DNA of 64,000 nucleotides from an uncultured Methanosarcinales archaeon (GTDB lineage Archaea; Nanobdellota; Nanobdellia; Woesearchaeales; UBA12501): NCBI GenBank assembly GCA_964397315.1, contig CAYNHV010000001.1, positions 12,367 to 76,366 of the forward strand, read 5' to 3'. Shown piece by piece: positions 39,047 to 47,525 of this stretch (position 1 is its first letter; each line of letters starts with the position of its first letter). The notes under the pieces were generated by a model. It saw only the letters and a program-made list of their open reading frames with translations, ran no database searches and was not told where the DNA came from. The position numbers and the translations under genes were made by a program.

Positions 39047-39166
39047 TCACATATGTCTTGAGAAATCCTCATCAACATCAGCCAGCTTTAGAATATTCTT
39101 CAGGGTGCCTATCTTGATTAACAGCCTTATCTCCAGAAATCTTTCTAAGCCCTGGCGCTCATAGCA
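39047..39166 (-). pseudogene. hicA: hicA toxin remnant (C-terminal ~40 codons only, no start codon)
   Basis: The minus-strand frame reads '...LEIRLLIKIGTLKNILKLADVDEDFSRHM*', matching the HicA C-terminal consensus 'GTL(K/R)SIL(K/R)QAGLSVEEF'. It opens directly after a stop and has no ATG/GTG/TTG. Confidence 0.4.
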
Positions 39167-39357
39167 ACCTCAAAAGTTGTCATCCATGTCCTTTTCTTTT
39201 CCTTAAGCGGGAATTCCTCAAGATACAGCTCAGTGGCTTCCTTCAGATTGGCCACAGCCTCGTCTATGGTATTGCCCTGGCTGACAGTGCCTGCCTCAGG
39301 GCATTCAGCAACATACATATCCTCTTCCTTGTGGACTACAGCTGTCAGGGTTTCCAT
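39145..39357 (-). CDS. hicB: HicB-family antitoxin (UPF0150)
   Basis: 'MYVAECPEAGTVSQGNTIDEAVANLKEATELYLEEF'. Start set at internal 'METLTAVV'. Confidence 0.65.
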   Translation of the reverse strand: METLTAVVHKEEDMYVAECPEAGTVSQGNTIDEAVANLKEATELYLEEFPLKEKKRTWMTTFEVAMSARA

Positions 39358-39392
39358 TGTCTCAAACTTCTGCATTTTGACATGACAGAATG

Positions 39393-40673
39393 TTATTGGC
39401 TGTTCAGCAGCCATTCCCATAATGGCCTGAACCTTATCCTTATGCTGTTTATGTTCTCCTCTGAGGAGGTGTCATTGGTTATTATTGTGCCCTCCTCAAG
39501 TTTGAAATGTTCGCATGCTCTTACAAGGCTTTTTGTTTCCCTCTCCCTGGTCTTTGGATCCTCAAGGTCATAGCACACCTGTATCGCCTGTTTTATGCTG
39601 TTTCCCTCCTTGACGAGAAAGTCCACCTCCTCATGCTTTGATGTCTTCCAGTAGAATATGTTATCCCTTGTGTTCCTCCTTACCAGCTCCAGGGCCACAG
39701 TGTTCTCGTACAGTTTTCCCATGTCGCTGCTGAATCTGAAGCTGACAGCGTTCCTCATGCCTGTGTCTATGCAGTAGATCTTGAAAGGGTTTACCCTCTG
39801 TTTTCTTATTGAGTATGAGAAGTAGGGGATCCTTATTATAAGGTAAGCATCCTCTAGGTACAGGAGATAGTTCTTTATGGTATTTATGCTTCTCGCCTGT
39901 ATGAGCTTGTTGAGGGAGTAGAGGCTGTGGGGTGATGAGATGTTTGTTATGAGGTTGTGCGCGAGCTCCTTGAGCGACTGCTTGAACTTCAGGTTATGCC
40001 TTGCTATTATGTCCTTTGTGAGGATATCCTCAAAGTAGTCTTTCAGCATATCATCTCTTCCTTCAAAAACCACTTCAGGAAAGCCGCCGTAATGGAGGTA
40101 TTCCTCCAGGAGCCCCATTATCCATGCCTTGTTTTCTGTCACCAGCTGCTGCTTTTTTGAGGCAATGCCCGGATTCCTGTGATTGAGGAACTGGCTGAAA
40201 CTCAGAGGGTATATCCTCACCAGCTTATGCCTGCCTGAAAGGCTTTTTGAGAATTCACTGGCGAGAAGGGATGCATTGGATCCTGATACAAAGAATTTGA
40301 TGTTCTTCTCATACATTGTGGCCACCCATCTCTCCCACCCTCTTATGTTCTGTATCTCGTCAAGAAAAAGGTGCATCCTGCCACCCTCTTTGTAGTATTC
40401 CAGCATTGCCTCGTAGATGGTGTCAAGCTGTTTCAGGCTATCATCAAATCTTGGGTTCTCAAAGTTCACATAAGCTGCATTGCTGAGTTTTTTTATTAGC
40501 TGGAACATGAGATATGTCTTGCCGCTTCTTCTGACTCCGCTGATGGCTGTGACCTGCTTCTTGTTGAGGTGGCTCTCCAGCTCATCTGATTCCTGCCTGT
40601 CCACTATGTCCTTGGCATTTATATCATTCAGGTTCGTGGCTATGAGCTCTTTTGCCTCGCTTCTGCTTATCAT
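39393..40673 (-). CDS. AAA-family ATPase (AAA_14 + DUF4143 architecture)
   Basis: Walker A 'GVRRSGKTYLM', Walker B 'HLFLDEIQ', and a C-terminal DUF4143-like region. 426 aa. Confidence 0.7.
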   Translation of the reverse strand: MISRSEAKELIATNLNDINAKDIVDRQESDELESHLNKKQVTAISGVRRSGKTYLMFQLIKKLSNAAYVNFENPRFDDSLKQLDTIYEAMLEYYKEGGRMHLFLDEIQNIRGWERWVATMYEKNIKFFVSGSNASLLASEFSKSLSGRHKLVRIYPLSFSQFLNHRNPGIASKKQQLVTENKAWIMGLLEEYLHYGGFPEVVFEGRDDMLKDYFEDILTKDIIARHNLKFKQSLKELAHNLITNISSPHSLYSLNKLIQARSINTIKNYLLYLEDAYLIIRIPYFSYSIRKQRVNPFKIYCIDTGMRNAVSFRFSSDMGKLYENTVALELVRRNTRDNIFYWKTSKHEEVDFLVKEGNSIKQAIQVCYDLEDPKTRERETKSLVRACEHFKLEEGTIITNDTSSEENINSIRIRFRPLWEWLLNSQ

Positions 40674-40687
40674 AATGTTTCACCCTA

Positions 40688-40753
40688 CTGAAAGATTTTT
40701 ATATAAAATCTTTCAGTGCACTGAAATATATAAAGTTTTCGGCTGCAGGCATT
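40688..40753. repeat. ~65-bp junction repeat copy 2
   Basis: CTGAAAGATTTTTATATAAAATCTTTCAGTGCACTGAAATATATAAAGTTTTCGGCTG; ~80% identical to 38225..38290. Confidence 0.55.
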
Positions 40754-40830
40754 ACATTTATAAAGGAGTGGCAAAAACTTTATATAATACTAACACCATT
40801 ATCTTATTTATTAAGATTTTGGTGTTAAAA

Positions 40831-41331
40831 ATGAAGGGGCTGTCAAAAAAGGAGATAAAGGCCATAGCTGACCTTGAGTTCAGAAAAAAGTACTATTTTA
40901 CAAGGGAGGATATCAGGAGTCATTTTGACAATAAGCGACAGATGACAAACACAATCCACTCCCTGAGCAAGAAAGGAAGGGTCATAAGGCTGAACAGAAA
41001 CAAATATTTTCTTGTTCCTGTGAAAGCCAGAAGCGGAAAGTGGACAGACCACCCCCTGATAATAGCAGACGAGATATGCAATGGAAAGGATTACTGCATA
41101 GGGGGATGGTATGCTGCGTATTACTGGAACCTTACTGACCAGATTCCTGCGCAGGTGGACATCTACACTACAAAAAGGCAGGGCAGCAAAAGGATACTGA
41201 ACAAGAGATTTGTCTTCCACAGAACAACAAGAAAGAGGATTGAAGAGGCAGTCACAGGGAGAATAGGCAGGCATCAGTTCAGGATAATCAGCAGGGAGGC
41301 AGCAAAAAGGTGGATAAGATCAAAAACATAG
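40831..41331 (+). CDS. AbiEi-like antitoxin (wHTH) of type IV TA/abortive-infection pair
   Basis: Start at 'MKGLSKKEIKAIADLEF'; the track ORF extends upstream through non-coding repeat sequence. Overlaps the AbiEii gene. Confidence 0.5.
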   Translation: MKGLSKKEIKAIADLEFRKKYYFTREDIRSHFDNKRQMTNTIHSLSKKGRVIRLNRNKYFLVPVKARSGKWTDHPLIIADEICNGKDYCIGGWYAAYYWNLTDQIPAQVDIYTTKRQGSKRILNKRFVFHRTTRKRIEEAVTGRIGRHQFRIISREAAKRWIRSKT

Positions 41332-42074
41332 ATCCTGACCAGCTTAAGGAGATTGCAGCTGACAAGGGTTTTGGCCTTGACCTCATGCTAAAGGATTACT
41401 ATGTCACTATCATACATTATCTTCTGAAGGATATAGAAGGCCTGTATTTCAAGGGAGGGACTGCTCTGCAGAAGATATTTCTGGACTACTCAAGGCTCAG
41501 CGAGGATGTGGACTACACTCTCACCAGAGATGTTACGCAGGTCAGAAAGGAGATAAACTCGGCGCTGGAGGAAAGCGGGCTTTTTGAGGGTATAAAAAAA
41601 GACAAGGATGTGAGTGATTTCACAAGAATGGTCGTCCCTTACAAGGGTTTTGAAGGGAAGGAGGAAGTCATATTCATAGACCTTAACAAGAGGGCAACTC
41701 TGCTCCGGAAACCTGAGAAGCACGAGATCAGCCACTTCTACAGGGATAATATTCCCCAATTCAGGATACTGACCCTTGCAAAGGAGGAAATGATAGCTGA
41801 GAAGGTAGCAGCAGCCATGGGAAGGAACAAGCCGAGGGACCATTATGACATCTATAAGATAATCAAGGCTGGAATGCCAATAGATATTGATGATGTGAAA
41901 AAGAAATGCGAAAGCTCAGGCATAGAGTTCAACATAACAAGAATGTTCAACAAGGCAAAGAAGCTCAAGGCAAGGTGGGACAGCAGCATGATCCCCTTAC
42001 TTGCAGAAGAAGTCTCATTCAAGGAGGTCATGGCAACCCTATCAGAGCATTTCAATCTCAGGAAGGGTGAGTGA
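41310..42074 (+). CDS. AbiEii/AbiGii-family nucleotidyltransferase toxin (DUF1814)
   Basis: 'YFKGGTALQKIFLDYSRLSEDVDYT' is the hallmark GGTAL..R.SEDxD motif. 254 aa. Confidence 0.75.
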   Translation: MDKIKNIDPDQLKEIAADKGFGLDLMLKDYYVTIIHYLLKDIEGLYFKGGTALQKIFLDYSRLSEDVDYTLTRDVTQVRKEINSALEESGLFEGIKKDKDVSDFTRMVVPYKGFEGKEEVIFIDLNKRATLLRKPEKHEISHFYRDNIPQFRILTLAKEEMIAEKVAAAMGRNKPRDHYDIYKIIKAGMPIDIDDVKKKCESSGIEFNITRMFNKAKKLKARWDSSMIPLLAEEVSFKEVMATLSEHFNLRKGE

Positions 42075-42160
42075 GCAATTACATTTATAAACCAGTGGCC
42101 TGTTATTGGGGATTATGTCATACACTGTATTGGCTTTTAAAAGGGTTCTAAATGGTTTTG
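42066..42160. repeat. ~95-bp direct repeat copy 1 (starts TGAGCAATTACATTTATAAACCAGTGGCC)
   Basis: ~97% identical to 43046..43140. It encodes an N-terminal fragment identical to the start of gene 43082 ('LGIMSYTVLAFKRVLNGFEG'). Confidence 0.6.
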
Positions 42161-42239
42161 AGGGCTTTAAAGTCTTGATGAAGCCCTAACGCAACATTTA
42201 TATATTAGCACATATTACACATAATACAAGGGTGATAGA

Positions 42240-42464
42240 ATGGTTAACATAACACTTTCAGTGCCTGCAGAAACAAAGCAGAAGATGGACTCCTTTTCTG
42301 AGATCAACTGGAGCGCAGTGGCAAGAGAGGCCATTAATGAGAAGATAACTGACCTGGAATTCATGAAGAAATTCAAGTCAAAAAGCACTCTCACAGAGGA
42401 TGAGGCTGTAAAGCTCGGCAGGGAGCTTAACAAGAGCCTCGCGAAGAGGAGGCAGACAGCTTAA
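42240..42464 (+). CDS. VapB-like antitoxin (small DNA-binding protein upstream of the PIN gene)
   Basis: 74 aa; its stop overlaps the start of the PIN ORF (ATGG...). Confidence 0.45.
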   Translation: MVNITLSVPAETKQKMDSFSEINWSAVAREAINEKITDLEFMKKFKSKSTLTEDEAVKLGRELNKSLAKRRQTA

Positions 42465-43034
42465 TGGATCTTGTAATAGACGCCAACATACTCTTCTCTG
42501 TGCTGATAAGAAAAGGGAAGACTGAGGAGCTTCTGTTTGAGGATGACCTTCATCTTTTTGCTCCTGAGTTCATATTTGAGGAATTCAGGAAGTGTCAAAA
42601 ACCACCAGTCAGAGACCGGTGGCATGAAGCGAAAGCTTCATTCTCATTCTTTATTGACCTGTGGTTTTTGAGCATGCTCAGAAATATACCCTCTGCGGAT
42701 ATGCCTTTGTGGACTTTGTCCACTGGTTAAATAAACCAGTGGTATATTTCTGACATATGAAAAGCTGATATTAGAGAAAACTGACCGTCAGAAGGGGGAA
42801 TTTGAGAAATTGATGGATATCCTCAACAGAAGAATAAAGACAACCCCAAACGAGGACACATGGCAGTATGTCCAAAAAGCTATAGAGATCAGCCCTGACA
42901 GGAAGGATGCTGACTATATTGCATTGGCTCTCAAGCTGAAATGCCCTTTATGGAGCAATGATAAAAAGCTGAAAGATCAGGAAGAGGTCAGGGTATATTC
43001 CACCAAAGAGCTGATCAGGGAATTCAACCTATAA
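42464..43034 (+). pseudogene. vapC: vapC (PIN-domain toxin) interrupted by 166-bp MITE; precise excision restores a 134-aa ORF
   Basis: N-terminal piece 'MDLVIDANILFSVL...APEFIFEEFRK', C-terminal piece '...DADYIALALKLKCPLWSNDKK'. The element occupies 42593..42758 (166 nt = 3n+1), and the two pieces are in frame once it is removed. Confidence 0.65.
42593..42758. mobile_element. 166-bp MITE-like structured repeat, copy B (inside vapC)
   Basis: 165/166 identical to 13323..13488. Confidence 0.65.
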
Positions 43035-43045
43035 CAGAGAGCTGG

Positions 43046-43140
43046 ATAGAGCAATTACATTTATAAACCAGTGGCCTGTTATTGGGGCTTATGTCATACA
43101 CTTTGTTGGCTTTTAAAAGGGTTCTAAATGGTTTTGAGGG
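43046..43140. repeat. ~95-bp direct repeat copy 2 (overlaps the start of gene 43082)
   Basis: See 42066..42160. Confidence 0.6.
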
Positions 43141-43624
43141 AAGCTGCGCTCTTAGGCTGCTGGACAGGCTCTCTGCCTCTCTTGAGAAAGCATTTGAGAG
43201 GTCAAAGCTTTACAGGGTTTTTGCCTGGCTTGGTGTTAAGCTAAAAGAGAGCTTTATAGGCCAGTGGTTCCTGAAGCCTGAGGAGGAGGTTGATGTTTTC
43301 TCCACCAGCAGGGCCATGAAGAAGGGAGTTGATATTGCTGATGCTGAAGTGAGAAAGGCAGAGAAGGCTTACAAGAGGAGTTTTGCAGGAGGGTTGATTT
43401 CTGGCCTTTTTAGGGAGGTGCAGGACAGGCCTGTTTTTGCAGTGAGTGTTGTGGTAGTGTCAGCAGTTGCAGCTAACACACTGTTGTGGCTTGTGTTAGG
43501 GGAGATTGACGTGTTTGGCCTGCTAGTGAGGCTTGTTGTGATGGTTATTGGTTTTCTGGGCCTTGGGGGTATGAAACTCCTGAGAAAGGCCTTAAGAGGA
43601 AGCAGGATACTGAAAGGCAGTTAG
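43082..43624 (+). CDS. hypothetical membrane protein
   Basis: 180 aa with C-terminal TM segments 'FAVSVVVVSAVAANTLLWLVLG...LVVMVIGFLGLGG'. Confidence 0.4.
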   Translation: MGLMSYTLLAFKRVLNGFEGSCALRLLDRLSASLEKAFERSKLYRVFAWLGVKLKESFIGQWFLKPEEEVDVFSTSRAMKKGVDIADAEVRKAEKAYKRSFAGGLISGLFREVQDRPVFAVSVVVVSAVAANTLLWLVLGEIDVFGLLVRLVVMVIGFLGLGGMKLLRKALRGSRILKGS

Positions 43625-43657
43625 ATTTATAAAAGGCAGATTATTTCTTCTGGAACT

Positions 43658-44248
43658 ATGGGGGCAAGAATACATCCTACTGCAGAAGCATCTGATAAGG
43701 CTAAAATAGGTGAAGGAACTGTGTTGTGGCATCACAGCCAAGTCAGAGAAGAAGCTGTTATTGGCGAGAACTGCATATTGAGCAAAAATGTCTATGTAGA
43801 TACTGGTGTAAGGATAGGTAATAATGTTAAGATACAGAATAATGTTTCGGTCTATAGTGGTGTCACCATAGAGGATGATGTCATGCTTGGTCCAGGAATG
43901 GTTTTCACCAATGACCTTTATCCAAGGGCTTTCCTTTGGGATGAGAGCAGGAAAGGAAAAACTCTTGTCAAAAAATGCGCATCTATAGGGGCCAATGCAA
44001 CAATAATCTGTGGAAACAGAATCATAGGGGAGTACGGGCTTGTTGCTGCAGGAAGCGTAGTGACAAAAGACGTTCCTGACCATGGCTTGGTTGCAGGAAA
44101 TCCTGCGAGGCTTATGGGATTTGTATGCAGGTGCGGAAAAAAGGCAGAAAAGGAAAAAGAAGAGCAGGAAAGCGTAACAATGAGGTGTCCTGAATGCAGG
44201 GAGATCTTTAAGATTTCAAAAAATGATTATCTTATGTTTGAAAAATGA
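43658..44248 (+). CDS. hexapeptide-repeat (LbH) sugar N-acetyltransferase (WbpD/PglD-like) with C-terminal zinc-ribbon
   Basis: Repeated [LIV]-G-x4 hexapeptides 'IGENCILSKNVYVDTGVRIGNNVKIQNNVSV...' and a C-terminal 'CRCG...CPEC'. Confidence 0.8.
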   Translation: MGARIHPTAEASDKAKIGEGTVLWHHSQVREEAVIGENCILSKNVYVDTGVRIGNNVKIQNNVSVYSGVTIEDDVMLGPGMVFTNDLYPRAFLWDESRKGKTLVKKCASIGANATIICGNRIIGEYGLVAAGSVVTKDVPDHGLVAGNPARLMGFVCRCGKKAEKEKEEQESVTMRCPECREIFKISKNDYLMFEK

Positions 44249-45351
44249 TTCCAATAGCAAAGCCAGCAATAGGAGAAGAGGAAAAGAAAGCAGTTCTTGA
44301 AGTTCTTGAGTCAGGCATGCTTGCGCAGGGTGAGAAAGTAAAAGAACTGGAAAAGAGATTTGCAGCTTATTGCGGGGCAAAACACGCTGTTGCAGCAAGC
44401 TCAGGCACAGCCGCACTCCATATGGGACTTTATTCTACAGGAATAAAAGAGGGCGATGAGGTAATAACAACACCTTTCACATTTGTATCTACTGCAAACA
44501 GCATAATCATGCAGGGAGCCAGGCCTGTTTTTGTGGATATAAACCCTAAAACATTCAATATTGACCCTGAAAAGATAGAGGAAGCTGTTACCAAGAAAAC
44601 AAAGGCAATTATTCCTGTTGACCTGTATGGCCAGCCATATGATTATGATGCTGTCAGGAGGATAGCAGACAAGCATAATCTTATGCTGATAGAGGATGCT
44701 TGCCAGGCAGTTGGCGCTGAACTTAACGGAAATAAAGTAGGCAAACTGGGCACAATATCCGCTTTCAGCCTGTACGCTACAAAGAATATAGTGGCGGGAG
44801 AAGGAGGAATTATTACAACAGATGATGAGAAAATTGCTGAGATGGCAAGGCGATTCAGGCATCACGGCCAGAGCGAGAAAACAAGATATGAATACCATGA
44901 TTTGGGCTATAATTACAGGATGACAGATATGCAGGCAGCAATAGGGCTTGAGCAGCTGAAAAAGGTTGATTCCCTGAATTCAAAAAGGATTGAGAATGCC
45001 GGAATACTAACTGAAGGCCTTAAGGGCATAAAGGGCATCAAAACGCCAACAGTGGGGGCAGGAACAAAGCATGTGTTCCACCAATACACAATAAGGGTTG
45101 ACGGGTTTAAGCTGTCCAGGGATCAGCTTGTTGAAGAGCTGAAAGATAAAGGCATTGGTTGCGCTGTGTTCTACCCAAAACCACTTCACATGCATCCTCA
45201 TTTTGCAAGGTTTGGCTACAAAAAGGGTGATTTTCCAATGAGTGAGGAAGCTGCAGAGCAGGTGCTTTCACTTCCTGTTCATCCCTCTGTCAGCAAGGAT
45301 GATGTAAAAGAGATAATCAGAGCTTTTGAGGAGATAAGCAATGGACAATAA
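44245..45351 (+). CDS. DegT/DnrJ/EryC1/StrS-family PLP-dependent sugar aminotransferase (WbpE/PglE-like)
   Basis: 'MIPIAKPAIGEEEKKAVLEVLESGML', an 'ATKNIVAGEGG' lysine region. 368 aa. Confidence 0.85.
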   Translation: MIPIAKPAIGEEEKKAVLEVLESGMLAQGEKVKELEKRFAAYCGAKHAVAASSGTAALHMGLYSTGIKEGDEVITTPFTFVSTANSIIMQGARPVFVDINPKTFNIDPEKIEEAVTKKTKAIIPVDLYGQPYDYDAVRRIADKHNLMLIEDACQAVGAELNGNKVGKLGTISAFSLYATKNIVAGEGGIITTDDEKIAEMARRFRHHGQSEKTRYEYHDLGYNYRMTDMQAAIGLEQLKKVDSLNSKRIENAGILTEGLKGIKGIKTPTVGAGTKHVFHQYTIRVDGFKLSRDQLVEELKDKGIGCAVFYPKPLHMHPHFARFGYKKGDFPMSEEAAEQVLSLPVHPSVSKDDVKEIIRAFEEISNGQ

Positions 45352-46336
45352 TCTGAAAGCAGGAGTCATAGGAGCAGGCATAATGGGGAACAATCATATA
45401 AGAGTGTACTCCGACACAAAAGGTGTTGACCTGGTGGCAGTGGCTGATACTGGCAAAGACAAGCACCCTGAACTGAAGGAAAAGTACAAGATAAACACTT
45501 ACGAGGATTACAAGAAGATGATAGCAGAAGAGAACCTTGACATTGTTTCAATAGCTGTGCCCACCTCCCTCCATCATAAGGTTGCGATGGATGTAATGAA
45601 AAGAGGCATACATGTGCTGCTTGAGAAACCAATATCATTAAGCCTTGAAGAGGCAGATGAGATAATAAAATGCTCCAGGGAAAACAAAGTAAAGCTGATG
45701 ATAGGGCATATTGAAAGGTTCAATCCGGCAGTGCTTGAGCTCAAGAGGAGGATAGATGCTGGAGAGCTTGGAAAGGTATATAAGGTTGATGTTAACCGGG
45801 TCGGGCCGATACCATTGAGAATAAAGGATTCCGGAGTCACAACAGACCTTGCTGTGCATGACATTGATGTTATGAGGTTCCTGACAGATTCAGAGCCAGA
45901 GAGGATATATGCTGAGGTTGAGCAGAGAATCCATTCAAAAAAGGAGGACCTGCTTGCAGGAGTCATAAGGTTCAGGAACAAGACAATCTGCTACCTAAAT
46001 GTGAACTGGCTCACTCCCACAAGGATAAGGAAACTGTACATAACAGGGGAGAGGGGAATGTTTGTTATAGACTACATAGACCAGAAACTTTTCTTTTACG
46101 AGAATGCATCCCATGCTGACCGTAATAATTCGGGGGAGGCCATAAAGGAAGGAAACATGACAAGGTTCAGGATTGACAAGAAAGAGCCTCTGAGGAATGA
46201 GATTGAACATTTCATAGAATGCGTAAAAAAGGACAAAGAGCCTCTTGTATCAGGAGAGGACGGTAAGAAAGCTGTTGAGATAGCGCTCAAGCTTATTGAA
46301 TCTGCGGGGAAGAAGGTAATAAAGAATGAGAATTAA
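45341..46336 (+). CDS. Gfo/Idh/MocA-family NAD(P) oxidoreductase (WbpB-like sugar 3-dehydrogenase)
   Basis: 'KAGVIGAGIMGNNHIRV', an 'EKPISLSLEEADE' consensus region. 331 aa. Confidence 0.8.
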   Translation: MDNNLKAGVIGAGIMGNNHIRVYSDTKGVDLVAVADTGKDKHPELKEKYKINTYEDYKKMIAEENLDIVSIAVPTSLHHKVAMDVMKRGIHVLLEKPISLSLEEADEIIKCSRENKVKLMIGHIERFNPAVLELKRRIDAGELGKVYKVDVNRVGPIPLRIKDSGVTTDLAVHDIDVMRFLTDSEPERIYAEVEQRIHSKKEDLLAGVIRFRNKTICYLNVNWLTPTRIRKLYITGERGMFVIDYIDQKLFFYENASHADRNNSGEAIKEGNMTRFRIDKKEPLRNEIEHFIECVKKDKEPLVSGEDGKKAVEIALKLIESAGKKVIKNEN

Positions 46337-47525
46337 TGTTATAGGTCTTGGAAAGGCAGGGTTGCCTCTGGCAGCAGTCATAGCAGACGCAGAGATCCAG
46401 GTTGTGGGCCTTGACAAGGACAAAGAAAGAGTGAAGATGCTCAAAGAAAAGAAGAACCCCATTCCTGAAGAGCCGGGCCTGGATAAAATACTAAGTGAAA
46501 GGATAGGCAGCAATATGAAAGTAACTGCAGATTATAAAGAAGCTGCTGAGAGCAGCGATGTGCACATTATTATTGTTCCCCTGTTCATAGATGAGAATAA
46601 AAAACCAGATTTTTCCATACTTGACAGCGTATCCACAGAGCTGGGGAAGCATCTCAAAAAAGGAGACCTCGTTGTGCTGGAAACAACAGTGCCTGTGAAG
46701 ACCACAGAGAAGAGAGTGAAAGACGCTCTTGAGAAGGCCTCTGGAATGAAAGCAGGAAAGGATTTCTATCTTGCCTACAGCCCTGAAAGGATAATGACAG
46801 GCCATTCAATAAGCAGGTACAGGGAGTTTCCAAAAGTTGTTGGGGGGGTTGACGACGAAAGCACAGAAAAGGCTTACGAGGTTTATTCAAAGTTCTGCAA
46901 TGATGTGCAGAAGGTCAGGGATGCAAGAACAGCAGAGATGGTAAAGATATCAGAAGGCATATACAGGGACGTGAACATAGCACTGGCAAATGAGCTGCTA
47001 AAGATATGTGACCATGCAGGAATTGATTTTTGGGACATGAGAAGAAAGGCAAACCACCGCTTTTGCGAGATACACGAACCAGGCAATGTGGGAGGGCACT
47101 GCATTCCTGTCTACCCCTGGTTTCTGATAAATAATTTTGATGCGCCCCTCATAAGAAGAGCAAGAGAATTAAACGATGAGATGCTGTTGTATTATATCAA
47201 AAAGGTAAAGGAGATAAGCAGCAAAGGGAAAGTGGGTGTTGTGGGCCTCAGCTATAGGGAGGGGGTAAAGGAAAAGGCTTTCAGCAGGGCAGTGCCTTTC
47301 ATAGAAAAGCTTAAAAAAGAGGGATATGAGGTTTATGGTGCTGATCCCATGTACAGGGATGAAGAGATAAAAGAGAATTATGGGATAGGGCCTGTAAAAG
47401 ACTTCAGAGATATGGATGTAATTGTCATATTCAACAGGATAAAGGAGTATAACACCGAGCTCAAGGGCATGGAGGACAGGATTGTTGACATAAAGAAATC
47501 GATGGGGGAGGATGATGGCAAATAA
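46326..47525 (+). CDS. nucleotide-sugar dehydrogenase (WbpA/WecC-like UDP-N-acetylhexosamine 6-dehydrogenase)
   Basis: UDPG/MGDP dehydrogenase family architecture, 399 aa, 'GGHCIPVYP' catalytic Cys motif. Confidence 0.7.
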   Translation: MRINVIGLGKAGLPLAAVIADAEIQVVGLDKDKERVKMLKEKKNPIPEEPGLDKILSERIGSNMKVTADYKEAAESSDVHIIIVPLFIDENKKPDFSILDSVSTELGKHLKKGDLVVLETTVPVKTTEKRVKDALEKASGMKAGKDFYLAYSPERIMTGHSISRYREFPKVVGGVDDESTEKAYEVYSKFCNDVQKVRDARTAEMVKISEGIYRDVNIALANELLKICDHAGIDFWDMRRKANHRFCEIHEPGNVGGHCIPVYPWFLINNFDAPLIRRARELNDEMLLYYIKKVKEISSKGKVGVVGLSYREGVKEKAFSRAVPFIEKLKKEGYEVYGADPMYRDEEIKENYGIGPVKDFRDMDVIVIFNRIKEYNTELKGMEDRIVDIKKSMGEDDGK

